Sequence record: NC_041936.1
Source: Escherichia phage ECD7
Length of the DNA stretch: 64,000 nt
Direction: 5' to 3' (one strand)
Position numbers and translations under genes: made by a program. Shown piece after piece: positions 56,494 to 64,000 of this stretch. The notes under the pieces are model-generated. The model did no database searches. It was not told the origin of the DNA and was given only the letters and a program-made list of their open reading frames with translations. Position 1 is the first letter of the stretch; the number at the start of each line of letters is the position of its first letter.

Positions 56494-56685
56494 TTAGATT
56501 CCGGCGATCCTGCATATAGTTCTTGTATTAGCACCAATCAGGATCGCATTAACGACAACCATTCCCCAATCAACCCACTGATTATTATAAATGCTAAACC
56601 CGTTTGCAAGACCAAATACAAGCATTCCGGTACACATACTCAGAGCAATAATCAACATCACGGTAAAACCAAATGCAAATCTCAT
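56494..56685 (-). CDS. small hydrophobic membrane protein
   Basis: 63 aa, mostly hydrophobic. Confidence 0.4.
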   Translation of the reverse strand: MRFAFGFTVMLIIALSMCTGMLVFGLANGFSIYNNQWVDWGMVVVNAILIGANTRTICRIAGI

Positions 56686-56686
56686 A

Positions 56687-56953
56687 TTATTTTCCTTTTC
56701 TCTGTTTACGTTTATAAAAGTAATACATTACCTCATCGCGTCCGGTGATCCAACATGCTAGGGCGGTAAACAGGTTTACAATTCCCAACACACCTACGGA
56801 TGCGGCGCTGTCAACAGACATAGGAACAGTAAAGGCCATAGCTAACATAGCAACGCCACAAATGACATTAAGCACCATTATAATAAGACCGAAGAAAACC
56901 ATTGTCAATCCTCCCAAATAAGAAAACCAACAATCACGCCAGTGATAAGACAT
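56687..56953 (-). CDS. small hydrophobic membrane protein
   Basis: 88 aa, two hydrophobic helices. Confidence 0.4.
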   Translation of the reverse strand: MSYHWRDCWFSYLGGLTMVFFGLIIMVLNVICGVAMLAMAFTVPMSVDSAASVGVLGIVNLFTALACWITGRDEVMYYFYKRKQRKGK

Positions 56954-57096
56954 GATGCGCCGCTAATAAGACAACCCGCGCCAAGTGATTCCCACCAGAT
57001 CAGAGAAGCGACAATAACACAGAATCCCCATACTACCGCAATCACAACATAGGCAAGGGTCGCCCAAAACATATATTTGTTCATAATAAATCCCAT
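56905..57096 (-). CDS. small hydrophobic membrane protein
   Basis: 63 aa. Confidence 0.35.
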   Translation of the reverse strand: MGFIMNKYMFWATLAYVVIAVVWGFCVIVASLIWWESLGAGCLISGASCLITGVIVGFLIWED

Positions 57097-57476
57097 TCAC
57101 CAAACAAATAAGAAAAAAGCCATATCAACAGAAACGAGGCAATTGATCCGGCAAGCAAAATGATATTAGAGAATCCGCCGTCTATCCAGCGACAAAACAG
57201 AATACGCCAGTATAGAAGCATAAACCCAGTACAAAGCATACTATAAGCAACCATAGAAAGCCCTCCAGTGAGCTAATTTAGTGCGGGTAGTACATTACCC
57301 TACCCGTATTGTTAATCATCGCAGAGCTTCTTCTAGCGCGATCCCAAACCATCCACAAACAACGCCCATACAGACAGCTACAAGAAGATTCATTCTCTCT
57401 TTAGGAATCATTGCAATCATAACAACAACCATACAGAAAGCCATTACCATTGAAGTTAACATTTGTTCAACCATTA

Positions 57477-57815
57477 TCACACCTTTAAAGTCATAGACGC
57501 ATAAACATTAATGCCAGTCCAGTTAGGATCGCAATTATACTCAACATCCCACAAATAAAGCGGTTTAGATGTATCAGCCAAGTTTTTAAAATCTTCTACC
57601 CACATTTCAAGGCTATATGATGGATAAACTAGGCTATCATATCCGCCGTAACGTTGGCCTACTGGTCGGTCAGTAAAAACTACCTCAAGATCCGGTAATT
57701 CTTTTTCAAGGATAACCGCCAGCGCATAAATCAGACGGTCTTCCTTGTTACGCTGCCGAAGGACCGTTGTCAGTTGGGTTTTCTGGTTCACTAGCAAGCA
57801 CCTCCACATTTTCAC
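57477..57815 (-). CDS. hypothetical protein
   Basis: 112-aa ORF. Confidence 0.4.
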   Translation of the reverse strand: MKMWRCLLVNQKTQLTTVLRQRNKEDRLIYALAVILEKELPDLEVVFTDRPVGQRYGGYDSLVYPSYSLEMWVEDFKNLADTSKPLYLWDVEYNCDPNWTGINVYASMTLKV

Positions 57816-58068
57816 AGAATGAAATTTTCACAGACACAATTTTACCATAAGTGAAGAATGAATATACATTATCGAGATATTCAACGTCACCTACAATCAC
57901 ATCAAACTGCGGATCAGCAACTGCCGCAACATATTCTACCAGTTCATCAAGAGAATGCAACTTAATTTCATCAATTCGGCTGTATTTGGTTGCATCTTTA
58001 ATTTTAAAACCACGTTCTTTCAGCTTGTCAATCAGAATTTCACGCGGAGTTTCAAACAGTTTGCTCAT
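57748..58068 (-). CDS. hypothetical protein
   Basis: 106-aa ORF. Confidence 0.4.
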   Translation of the reverse strand: MSKLFETPREILIDKLKERGFKIKDATKYSRIDEIKLHSLDELVEYVAAVADPQFDVIVGDVEYLDNVYSFFTYGKIVSVKISFCENVEVLASEPENPTDNGPSAA

Positions 58069-58089
58069 AATATAATCCTCACATTAAAT

Positions 58090-58290
58090 CTAAAATTTGT
58101 TAACGACGAATTGCATAATTAGACTAATCACAAACATTGCAAACCAAGTATAAATGCAACAGATAAAAGCTACATACAATTCAATCTGGTCAGAGAATAC
58201 ACCGGGTAAAAGCATTAGCAAAATAACAACAGTAAAGACGCTAGCGATACCCGCAACAAAACCAATATCATTTTTACTAATCGTCATCAA
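58090..58290 (-). CDS. small hydrophobic membrane protein
   Basis: 66 aa. Confidence 0.4.
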   Translation of the reverse strand: MMTISKNDIGFVAGIASVFTVVILLMLLPGVFSDQIELYVAFICCIYTWFAMFVISLIMQFVVNKF

Positions 58291-58496
58291 GTCACCGTTT
58301 TGTAAAGAAACACAATAAAATCCAAGACAAGAAAGACAGTGTAAATGATCATCGTCAAGACAGTAAACACTGTCAAATTTTCATCGTTAGTTAATTCATA
58401 GTCGCCCATCCATACAATAACAAGATATAGCATTGAAAGAATGGAAGCACCTACGAAGTTAAAAAACATATTCTTGAGCGTCATATTAACAACCAT
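58287..58496 (-). CDS. small hydrophobic membrane protein
   Basis: 69 aa. Confidence 0.4.
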   Translation of the reverse strand: MVVNMTLKNMFFNFVGASILSMLYLVIVWMGDYELTNDENLTVFTVLTMIIYTVFLVLDFIVFLYKTVT

Positions 58497-58668
58497 CGCG
58501 GCTTAAGTCAACAACAATTGCATACAGCATAATGAATATGCTAGCAGATCCGAGAATCAATGCACCCTCACATTTTGAAACTCGCTCATCAAAATGTAAC
58601 ATTATCCATCCGAGGATGTTAAAGGCGCAGACCGCGCCTATGTTCGCTAACCAATTAATCTTTTTCAT
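58486..58668 (-). CDS. small hydrophobic membrane protein
   Basis: 60 aa. Confidence 0.35.
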   Translation of the reverse strand: MKKINWLANIGAVCAFNILGWIMLHFDERVSKCEGALILGSASIFIMLYAIVVDLSRDGC

Positions 58669-58676
58669 AATATACC

Positions 58677-59003
58677 TTAGAAAGAAACAGTTTTCAAGAA
58701 ATCCAGATTTTTAGTACCGAAAACAGAAAAGTAGTGTTTTCCTTTTTCGGTTTTAGAGAAAGCGATTGTCTTCTCTACATGGTGACGGAAGCCAGACAGA
58801 CGATCACCCAGGTCAAGGCGGCAAGCGTAAGTAGTGCCGTTTTCGAAAGTAACCTCGATTTGAGTTTTGTCATATTCGCTTTCATAGGCTTTTGCTGCCG
58901 CGTCCTGTGCTTTACGCTCGAAGTCTTCGAAGTGGAATACTTCGTTTGCGTTAGCGAATACAGAAGATTCAGAGAAGATAACTTTAACAGATACTGGTTT
59001 CAT
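58677..59003 (-). CDS. hypothetical protein
   Basis: 108-aa ORF after AAGGAG. Confidence 0.45.
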   Translation of the reverse strand: MKPVSVKVIFSESSVFANANEVFHFEDFERKAQDAAAKAYESEYDKTQIEVTFENGTTYACRLDLGDRLSGFRHHVEKTIAFSKTEKGKHYFSVFGTKNLDFLKTVSF

Positions 59004-59044
59004 TTTGATACTCCTTAGTAGTTCGTGTTTCGTTTCGATGGGTG

Positions 59045-59076
59045 TATTATGCTATACACCCTCTCTCGTGTCAACA
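59045..59076 (-). promoter_or_regulatory. sigma70-type early promoter (PeSL-like)
   Basis: Minus: TTGACA-17nt-CATAAT then conserved CATCGAAACGAAACAC UTR. Confidence 0.55.
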
Positions 59077-59083
59077 ACTTTTT

Positions 59084-59272
59084 TTAGTCTTTTTTCAAAA
59101 TTTTTAAGGCAGTTTCTACAGCACCTTTCCAACCCTCCCACATAATGGACATAGTAATGAAGTTAAAGCACCCGCAGGAATCAACCTTTTTAGAGATAAA
59201 CCATTCAACAAATCCTTCGCTCATACCATGCTCTTTAGCGGATTCGCGTAATTGTTCAATTTGGTCTTCCAT
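59084..59272 (-). CDS. hypothetical protein
   Basis: 62-aa ORF. Confidence 0.35.
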   Translation of the reverse strand: MEDQIEQLRESAKEHGMSEGFVEWFISKKVDSCGCFNFITMSIMWEGWKGAVETALKILKKD

Positions 59273-59281
59273 AGTATCACC

Positions 59282-59482
59282 TCAACACTTAACGTTATTC
59301 AAACGATTTTGAAAGTACATATAGCAAGCATAATTTTGCTTTGGTTGTACCGTATCAGATAGACACGCTTTTGCAGCCTCGCGGTCCGATGGATCTACAC
59401 CCTCAGCTTTAAGTAATGCTAAAATCTGGTTATAGCGTACTCTTAGCTGTACTAATGGTTTCTCTCCCACAAAACCCTCCAA
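59282..59482 (-). CDS. hypothetical protein
   Basis: 66-aa ORF. Confidence 0.35.
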   Translation of the reverse strand: MEGFVGEKPLVQLRVRYNQILALLKAEGVDPSDREAAKACLSDTVQPKQNYACYMYFQNRLNNVKC

Positions 59483-59710
59483 TTAAAGTTGTTCTGCAAT
59501 GTATGCGGTGCATTTGCGGAGTTTAGCCATAGCACCACCTTTCATGTCGCTTGCGCCTACAATGTTCATGATCTCTAAGCGATCAGCCGGATTCAGTCTA
59601 GTAGCCCAGATCTGGTTAGCCAGTTCCATTTTACCCATCTGCGGTTCCATCTCAAACATTTCACGCTCAAAGTCGATAATTTCTTTTGCTGCGTCTTTAA
59701 AGTTAATCAT
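59483..59710 (-). CDS. hypothetical protein
   Basis: 75-aa ORF. Confidence 0.4.
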   Translation of the reverse strand: MINFKDAAKEIIDFEREMFEMEPQMGKMELANQIWATRLNPADRLEIMNIVGASDMKGGAMAKLRKCTAYIAEQL

Positions 59711-59737
59711 TTTGGTCCTCCCGTTTCGTTGATGGTT

Positions 59738-59769
59738 GTATTGTAGGGGAGTTATCCTCCCCTGTCAAC
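59738..59769 (-). promoter_or_regulatory. sigma70-type early promoter (PeSL-like)
   Basis: Minus: TTGACA-GGGGAGGATAACTCCCC-TACAAT. Confidence 0.5.
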
Positions 59770-59776
59770 ACTTTTA

Positions 59777-59962
59777 TCAGAAATATGCAATATAGTTTGC
59801 CAGTCCTACAGAGTCATCATTCGGCATTGCTTTTACCGCCAGTTCAAACCCTGCTTCAACTTTCTGTTTAGCGGATTCTTCGTTATAACCCCAGATGACC
59901 AGAATAGCTACTACGTTTTCTTTGCTTACTGCTTTCAGTGCTTTAGTGATGCGACGTGCCAT
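59777..59962 (-). CDS. hypothetical protein
   Basis: 61-aa ORF. Confidence 0.35.
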   Translation of the reverse strand: MARRITKALKAVSKENVVAILVIWGYNEESAKQKVEAGFELAVKAMPNDDSVGLANYIAYF

Positions 59963-60006
59963 AATTTGATTCTCCGTTTAAGAAAGTGTGTTTCGTTTCG
60001 ATGGGT

Positions 60007-60038
60007 GTATTATGCTATAGGCGTGATCTGGTGTCAAC
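60007..60038 (-). promoter_or_regulatory. sigma70-type early promoter (PeSL-like)
   Basis: Minus: TTGACA-17nt-CATAAT. Confidence 0.55.
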
Positions 60039-60060
60039 AACTTTTTTAAAAATTTTAGGC

Positions 60061-60087
60061 AATAAAAAAGCCACTCCGAAGAGTGGC
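60061..60087 (-). terminator. intrinsic terminator
   Basis: Minus: GCCACUC-uucg-GAGUGGC then UUUUUUAUU. Confidence 0.7.
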
Positions 60088-60237
60088 TTATAGGGAAGGT
60101 AGCGAATCTTCCTTGTCTCCAACCTGCTAGCGGCCTAGCAAGTGAATGCTTTAGCGTACCGGATCACCCCATACGCTGTAATAAATGCGGCTAGGTGACG
60201 TCCAAATCATTCTAACCGCGCTGTCTTTAGTTCACTA
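60088..60237 (-). ncRNA. candidate small structured RNA (late promoter to terminator, no ORF)
   Basis: TATAAATA at plus 60239-60246 (minus strand), about 150 nt with several 6-bp hairpins, longest ORF 14 codons, ends at terminator 60061-60087. Confidence 0.4.
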
Positions 60238-60456
60238 TTATTTATATCGCTTTCTCTCGCGACGTTTTTGATCTTCTTCCTTGATAGAGTTAAACGCATC
60301 AAAAAGACACATGACACTGATAATGAACATAACCGTATTTTCTACGATATCCCACGGCTTCGCATCAGTACAGATCCCCCAAACGGTAAGAAATGCAAAT
60401 AGTGCAGAAGAGATCACAAGCATGATACTTGCTAAGATATAAAAAGTCATTTTCAT
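60238..60456 (-). CDS. small hydrophobic membrane protein
   Basis: 72 aa. Confidence 0.4.
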   Translation of the reverse strand: MKMTFYILASIMLVISSALFAFLTVWGICTDAKPWDIVENTVMFIISVMCLFDAFNSIKEEDQKRRERKRYK

Positions 60457-60647
60457 GGTTTTACCTCAATTCTTCGATATTCATCACACATCCACGCAGT
60501 AAGCAAGAATCCCAGCACATAAGCAACAAAATACGTTAATGCTTCTTCTGGTTTCGTGCTATGTATCATCAGTAAACCAGCGAGAACGGTCTTAACAATT
60601 ACATTTAAAATAATTAGCCACGCAAATAATTTCATCGTTTGCCCCAT
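60453..60647 (-). CDS. small hydrophobic membrane protein
   Basis: 64 aa. Confidence 0.4.
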   Translation of the reverse strand: MGQTMKLFAWLIILNVIVKTVLAGLLMIHSTKPEEALTYFVAYVLGFLLTAWMCDEYRRIEVKP

Positions 60648-60871
60648 TTCGGTCGAGTCTTTTCAAACTTATACATTACGTAACAATCTCGAATCATCCA
60701 CGTAACAAGAGCACCAGTCAACACAGACAACACACAGAAGAAGTAAAACGGTCCGGTTGCATTATCAACATGAGCAAGCCATGTAAAGAAAACACATGCT
60801 AAGAATGTAAAGAACATCATAAAACACAAGAAAGCAAAATATTTTATGCTACTCATAGCGCCACCATACAA
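60632..60871 (-). CDS. small hydrophobic membrane protein
   Basis: 79 aa. Confidence 0.4.
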   Translation of the reverse strand: MYGGAMSSIKYFAFLCFMMFFTFLACVFFTWLAHVDNATGPFYFFCVLSVLTGALVTWMIRDCYVMYKFEKTRPKWGKR

Positions 60872-60959
60872 CAGATCATAAGAAAACCCAACGCAATAAG
60901 AATTGCATCAAATTTAGTGAACTCCGGTCCACCTATCAACATCATTCGTTCCTGTTCAT

Positions 60960-61202
60960 TCATAGATCACAGAGCCATCTGAAAGCACCACATAAAGCGA
61001 GCAGAATACTAGGTATAAACGAGACTAAAACAAGTTGGCAAAAATCATCTAAGGTAACACCGGAATAGCTACCTACTGTAACAACACCGATCATCAGACA
61101 CAGAAAGAAAACAAATGCAATCAGAAACAAAGTATTGCTAAACAGTTTAGTGATCATTAGACACCCCACGACGATCAATTTCAAAAACTTTTTTATCATC
61201 AA
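60960..61202 (-). CDS. small hydrophobic membrane protein
   Basis: 80 aa. Confidence 0.4.
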   Translation of the reverse strand: MMIKKFLKLIVVGCLMITKLFSNTLFLIAFVFFLCLMIGVVTVGSYSGVTLDDFCQLVLVSFIPSILLALCGAFRWLCDL

Positions 61203-61350
61203 CGAAGCATGTCACAACTGCCTCGTTGACTTCCGCAAATTGTTGTGTTACCCACTTAAGGTCAGAGCGAAACAATGTTCTATTAATAACAAATGTTTTA
61301 CCGCTCTTATCCTTACCCATAAATTTTGCTTTAACCATATCCAATTCCAT
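61147..61350 (-). CDS. hypothetical protein
   Basis: 67-aa ORF. Confidence 0.35.
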   Translation of the reverse strand: MELDMVKAKFMGKDKSGKTFVINRTLFRSDLKWVTQQFAEVNEAVVTCFVDDKKVFEIDRRGVSNDH

Positions 61351-61368
61351 ATTATCACCTTATTTGCT

Positions 61369-61527
61369 AATCGCTAAACCCAATCCGAAGAGAGCACCCG
61401 ATGCTACAGTATACACGAAAGTTTCAAAGGCAGTAAAGATATCTAAGCCACCAGCTAACAGAGTTGCAGTAAACAGAGTACCAGCTACGAACATAAAAGT
61501 TTTACCGATAAATTTCATCTTGATTCT
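61369..61527 (-). CDS. small hydrophobic membrane protein (52 aa)
   Basis: Hand-translated MKFIGKTFMFVAGTLFTATLLAGGLDIF...; below track cutoff. Confidence 0.3.
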
Positions 61528-61543
61528 CCTTTCGTTTGTTTGT

Positions 61544-61579
61544 GGGGGTATCTTACTACCCCCGTTTCATGTTGTCAAC
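61544..61579 (-). promoter_or_regulatory. sigma70-type early promoter (PeSL-like, GGGGGTA stem-loop)
   Basis: Minus: TTGACA-17nt-TAAGAT. Confidence 0.55.
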
Positions 61580-61584
61580 TGTTT

Positions 61585-62028
61585 TTAAGAAAATTTTACT
61601 TCGTCTACAATGTCTTTCATGACATTGATTTCCATTCCGGTCAGAACACGTTGGAACATGTGCTGAACATACGCTTTCAGGTATTCATTTGACGGCTTGC
61701 TATCAAAAGTCTTTTTAGTGTAGTAGTCATCACCGAAAGCTACTGTAATTACATTTTCGTCGTCATTCCAAGCGATATAAGCAAATTTGCCGTTATCCCA
61801 GAAGCGAGCACTAATTGCTACTTTTGTTGAATCGAATCCTAATTCGCTGTGAGATTCAAGAACTACTTGCGTGCCAGTTTCTTTATGAATGTAGTAGCGG
61901 GATACTAAGTCAAAGTTACGGGTGTAGTGACATTCGAATTTATCTTTAAACATCATCATTTTGATTCTCCTAAGTGTGTTTCGTTTCGATATGTGTATTA
62001 TTCTATAGTCGTTTATGGTTGTCAACAC
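61585..62028 (-). CDS. hypothetical protein
   Basis: 147-aa ORF upstream of the Acb1-like gene. Confidence 0.45.
   Translation of the reverse strand: MLTTINDYRIIHISKRNTLRRIKMMMFKDKFECHYTRNFDLVSRYYIHKETGTQVVLESHSELGFDSTKVAISARFWDNGKFAYIAWNDDENVITVAFGDDYYTKKTFDSKPSNEYLKAYVQHMFQRVLTGMEINVMKDIVDEVKFS
61995..62026 (-). promoter_or_regulatory. sigma70-type early promoter (PeSL-like)
   Basis: Minus: TTGACA-17nt-AATAAT. Confidence 0.5.
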
Positions 62029-62029
62029 C

Positions 62030-62061
62030 TAAAAACAAAAAACCCCGAAAAATTTTCGGGG
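62030..62061 (-). terminator. intrinsic terminator
   Basis: Minus: CCCCGAAAA-u-UUUUCGGGG then UUUUUUGUUUUU. Confidence 0.7.
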
Positions 62062-62068
62062 TATAAAA

Positions 62069-62533
62069 TTACAGTTTGGTCGTCCACTCCAGGTCTAGAT
62101 CTTCGACATACTCATGAGATCGGACAATCTCTAAATCGAACTCTAGGTCAGTGCCAAATTTACGCGCACCAACATCATAAGAAAGCGTGATATGCGGTAC
62201 ATATTCAGGATAATCCCACGTCGCACCTAAAGCAGTGCCGATATCGTGTCTGAATTGCATGTAGTCGCTTTCAAATGCCAACACAAGCGCATTAGTACCG
62301 GATTGAGTTTCAAACACTTTCAGATGACACAGAGAGCCTAAAAACTTTTCACCCTCTTCCGGGATAAACGGAACATAGACACGAGAATATAAGATAGTGC
62401 TATGCAGTTTATCACGAGGAACAGCATTAGGCAGATCGTAGAACTCCTGCAATTTTTCAATGCGGTCTAGTGTATCCTCAGTGAATTTAACCGCAGCATA
62501 TGTACCTTTAACGGATTCTCGAAACGGGGTCAT
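62069..62533 (-). CDS. 2H phosphoesterase-family protein, Acb1 (gene 57B)-like candidate
   Basis: Two H-x-T-x motifs (KLHSTILY, VPHITLSY); sits next to 57A and gene 1 as T4 57B does; ATG 62531-62533. Confidence 0.55.
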   Translation of the reverse strand: MTPFRESVKGTYAAVKFTEDTLDRIEKLQEFYDLPNAVPRDKLHSTILYSRVYVPFIPEEGEKFLGSLCHLKVFETQSGTNALVLAFESDYMQFRHDIGTALGATWDYPEYVPHITLSYDVGARKFGTDLEFDLEIVRSHEYVEDLDLEWTTKL

Positions 62534-62535
62534 AA

Positions 62536-62802
62536 TCAAGCCTCCGTGATCAGTTCTACTTCCTCTTTATCGTCTTCCGCTGCTTCGTCTTTAGGGAGAA
62601 GTGCTTTCACTTCTTCGACAATCGCATCAAGGGAAACAGTGCCGTTTTCGTCTGGCTGAATACCCAGAATGCGTACCAGTTCCATCAATACACGCTCACG
62701 ATCTTTCAGTTGGCCTTCTAAGAATGCGGCCTTTTCTTGAGTGTCAAACAGACGTACTTTCAGGACATTAATCATTTGTTCATGCTGATTGGACATATTC
62801 AC
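62536..62802 (-). CDS. 57A: tail fiber assembly chaperone gp57A-like
   Basis: 88 aa coiled-coil, LKVRLFDTQEKAAFLEGQL resembles T4 gp57A; synteny. Confidence 0.6.
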   Translation of the reverse strand: MNMSNQHEQMINVLKVRLFDTQEKAAFLEGQLKDRERVLMELVRILGIQPDENGTVSLDAIVEEVKALLPKDEAAEDDKEEVELITEA

Positions 62803-62829
62803 ATCTCCTACTTGTTGATAACTTTTTTA

Positions 62830-63486
62830 TTAAATGTTCGCGAGAATCGCGCTTTCAAATTCTTCTAATGTACCATTATTTATGATAATGGTTTCACCGT
62901 CAATAGGCAAAATTCCTTTTTCGGTGGAGTGAGTCGATACAATACCAGTATCACGATGAATATGCAACACCTTAGCACCCATAGAACGCATGAGAGCAAT
63001 TTCAATAGGCTGACGCACATCAACCACTACAAAATACCCTTCTTCATTTTTGCGCTTCATAAACTCATTCACGAAGAGATTACACCAATAAAGCGGATTG
63101 ATCAAGTTAACCATTATATCAGTACCGAGAGTGGTTAACATGAGACGAATAGACCAGACGTTATTATGTTTTTCGCCAATCTCATTAACGACCTTGTAAA
63201 TCTCAGCCAGACGATCACAAGTAAAGGAACTACCGCCATACTTCGAATCTAACATAAGCAGACACTGAATAAACCACTTATGCGCGGTATAGGTATCAAT
63301 ACCTAGATCGGCTTCTCTGTCACGCCCTAACCCGTCAAAGTCAAGATAAGTCAGACCTAAGTCTGGTTGACATTCGCATAAGATTTCTTTGATCGGTGCT
63401 GCCAGTTGATAACTGTGTCCATCAATGATTAACGCGGCAGTGTCTTTTCCTACTCGCTTTTTACCACAAAGTGCAATCAATTTCAT
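62830..63486 (-). CDS. 1: deoxynucleoside monophosphate kinase gp1
   Basis: MKLIALCGKKRVGKDT P-loop, LGTD, VVDVRQ resemble T4 gp1. Confidence 0.88.
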   Translation of the reverse strand: MKLIALCGKKRVGKDTAALIIDGHSYQLAAPIKEILCECQPDLGLTYLDFDGLGRDREADLGIDTYTAHKWFIQCLLMLDSKYGGSSFTCDRLAEIYKVVNEIGEKHNNVWSIRLMLTTLGTDIMVNLINPLYWCNLFVNEFMKRKNEEGYFVVVDVRQPIEIALMRSMGAKVLHIHRDTGIVSTHSTEKGILPIDGETIIINNGTLEEFESAILANI

Positions 63487-63501
63487 TATATAAGCCTCTT
63501 A

Positions 63502-64000
63502 TTACTTTCTAAAAGCAGGGTGCATAGCTTTAATACCTTCCACCCGCTGACGATCCGCCGCCTGAATTGCTGGGCGAGGAACGATCAGTTGACCATCACG
63601 TTCAATGCTCATTGTTTTAAATGGAAGAATTGCAGTACACACCAGAGATTCATGCATATCATCAGTGTATGTTAACTCAAGTTCCCCCAATTGTGAACAC
63701 CAACAACCATAAAAGTTAAAGGTGCAAACAATGTTACGGCGTTCATTGTCCATCATGTGAACTTGAACGGCTTCCGGCATTGAATCCTTCCACGCTGTGG
63801 AGTTACCGTTATTGTAGTCTACTATAGAAAGCATCCATGTGTAAAGGTTTAGATAGCTTTCCAAATGCTCATCAACGATAAACCGGACTACCAACGGGTC
63901 AAACTCCACATGACTAGACGGATAATCAGCAACCGCCAAACCATATTGACCAGCAACTTGCTTAGTCGGTGGAATGGTTATAGCAGGAAGTGTAACACAT
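63502..64000 (-). CDS. gp3-like protein (by position), 5' end beyond window
   Basis: Frame stays open to position 64000; track start at 63939 is a TTG, so the true start lies outside the window. Confidence 0.4.
   Translation of the reverse strand, partial: CVTLPAITIPPTKQVAGQYGLAVADYPSSHVEFDPLVVRFIVDEHLESYLNLYTWMLSIVDYNNGNSTAWKDSMPEAVQVHMMDNERRNIVCTFNFYGCWCSQLGELELTYTDDMHESLVCTAILPFKTMSIERDGQLIVPRPAIQAADRQRVEGIKAMHPAFRK

Noticed and set aside
2799-61579. GC-rich inverted repeats inside the promoter cassettes as transcription terminators
   Set aside because: Most are not followed by a U-tract on the transcribed strand and sit between or over the -35/-10 elements; true terminators (hairpin plus U-run) are separate adjacent elements, annotated individually.
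47-61588. All plus-strand ORFs in the track (e.g. 796..1146, 3770..4003, 12042..12398, 28731..29243, 46933..47166, 61226..61588)
   Set aside because: Each lies antisense within a well-supported minus-strand gene, has no RBS/promoter context, and shows low-complexity or frame-shadow composition (46933..47166 is the proline-rich reverse frame of the Gly-rich gene). The region is transcribed leftward throughout.
1-64000. tRNA genes or a tRNA cluster
   Set aside because: No candidate fitting a cloverleaf with a T-loop GTTCRANYC in any intergenic gap over 80 nt; gaps are explained by promoters, terminators and small ORFs. A covariance-model scan was not possible, so an atypical tRNA cannot be fully excluded.
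1-64000. CRISPR array
   Set aside because: The repeated intergenic motifs are 30-70 nt promoter/terminator cassettes separated by genes of variable length, not short regularly spaced repeats with unique spacers.

Overview
This window is the early/replication arm of a T4-like (Straboviridae/Tevenvirinae-type) phage genome, beginning exactly at the rIIA stop codon. Essentially every gene is on the minus strand, tightly packed with frequent stop/start overlaps. Gene order follows T4 synteny: rIIA, fused topoisomerase 39/60, dexA, dda, a ModA-like ADP-ribosyltransferase, 56, 61, 41, uvsX, 43, regA, 62, 44, 45, 46, 47, 55, nrdH/nrdG/nrdD, 49, nrdC, dam, tk, regB, an M15 endolysin, then an Acb1-like 57B, 57A, 1 and the start of 3. 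All identifications are from reading the translations and motifs by eye and from recalled T4 sequences; no database search was run. The most notable points are: (1) DNA polymerase gene 43 is interrupted inside its motif A by a ~1.1 kb group I intron carrying an HNH homing endonuclease with its own late promoter; (2) rIIA is broken by a single in-frame TAA; (3) about 20 copies of a repeated early-promoter/stem-loop/5'UTR cassette (PeSL-like) punctuate the accessory regions, often paired with intrinsic terminators; (4) a roughly 90-aa domain of unknown function is expanded to at least 10 copies across 7 genes around the nrd cluster; (5) an early operon encodes a signal-peptide lytic transglycosylase, a secreted Cys-containing protein and a macro-domain protein; (6) a candidate late-promoter-driven 150-nt structured non-coding RNA sits at 60088..60237; (7) genes 42, beta-gt and alpha-gt are missing from their syntenic slots, suggesting unmodified cytosine DNA. 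No tRNA, rRNA or CRISPR array was found.
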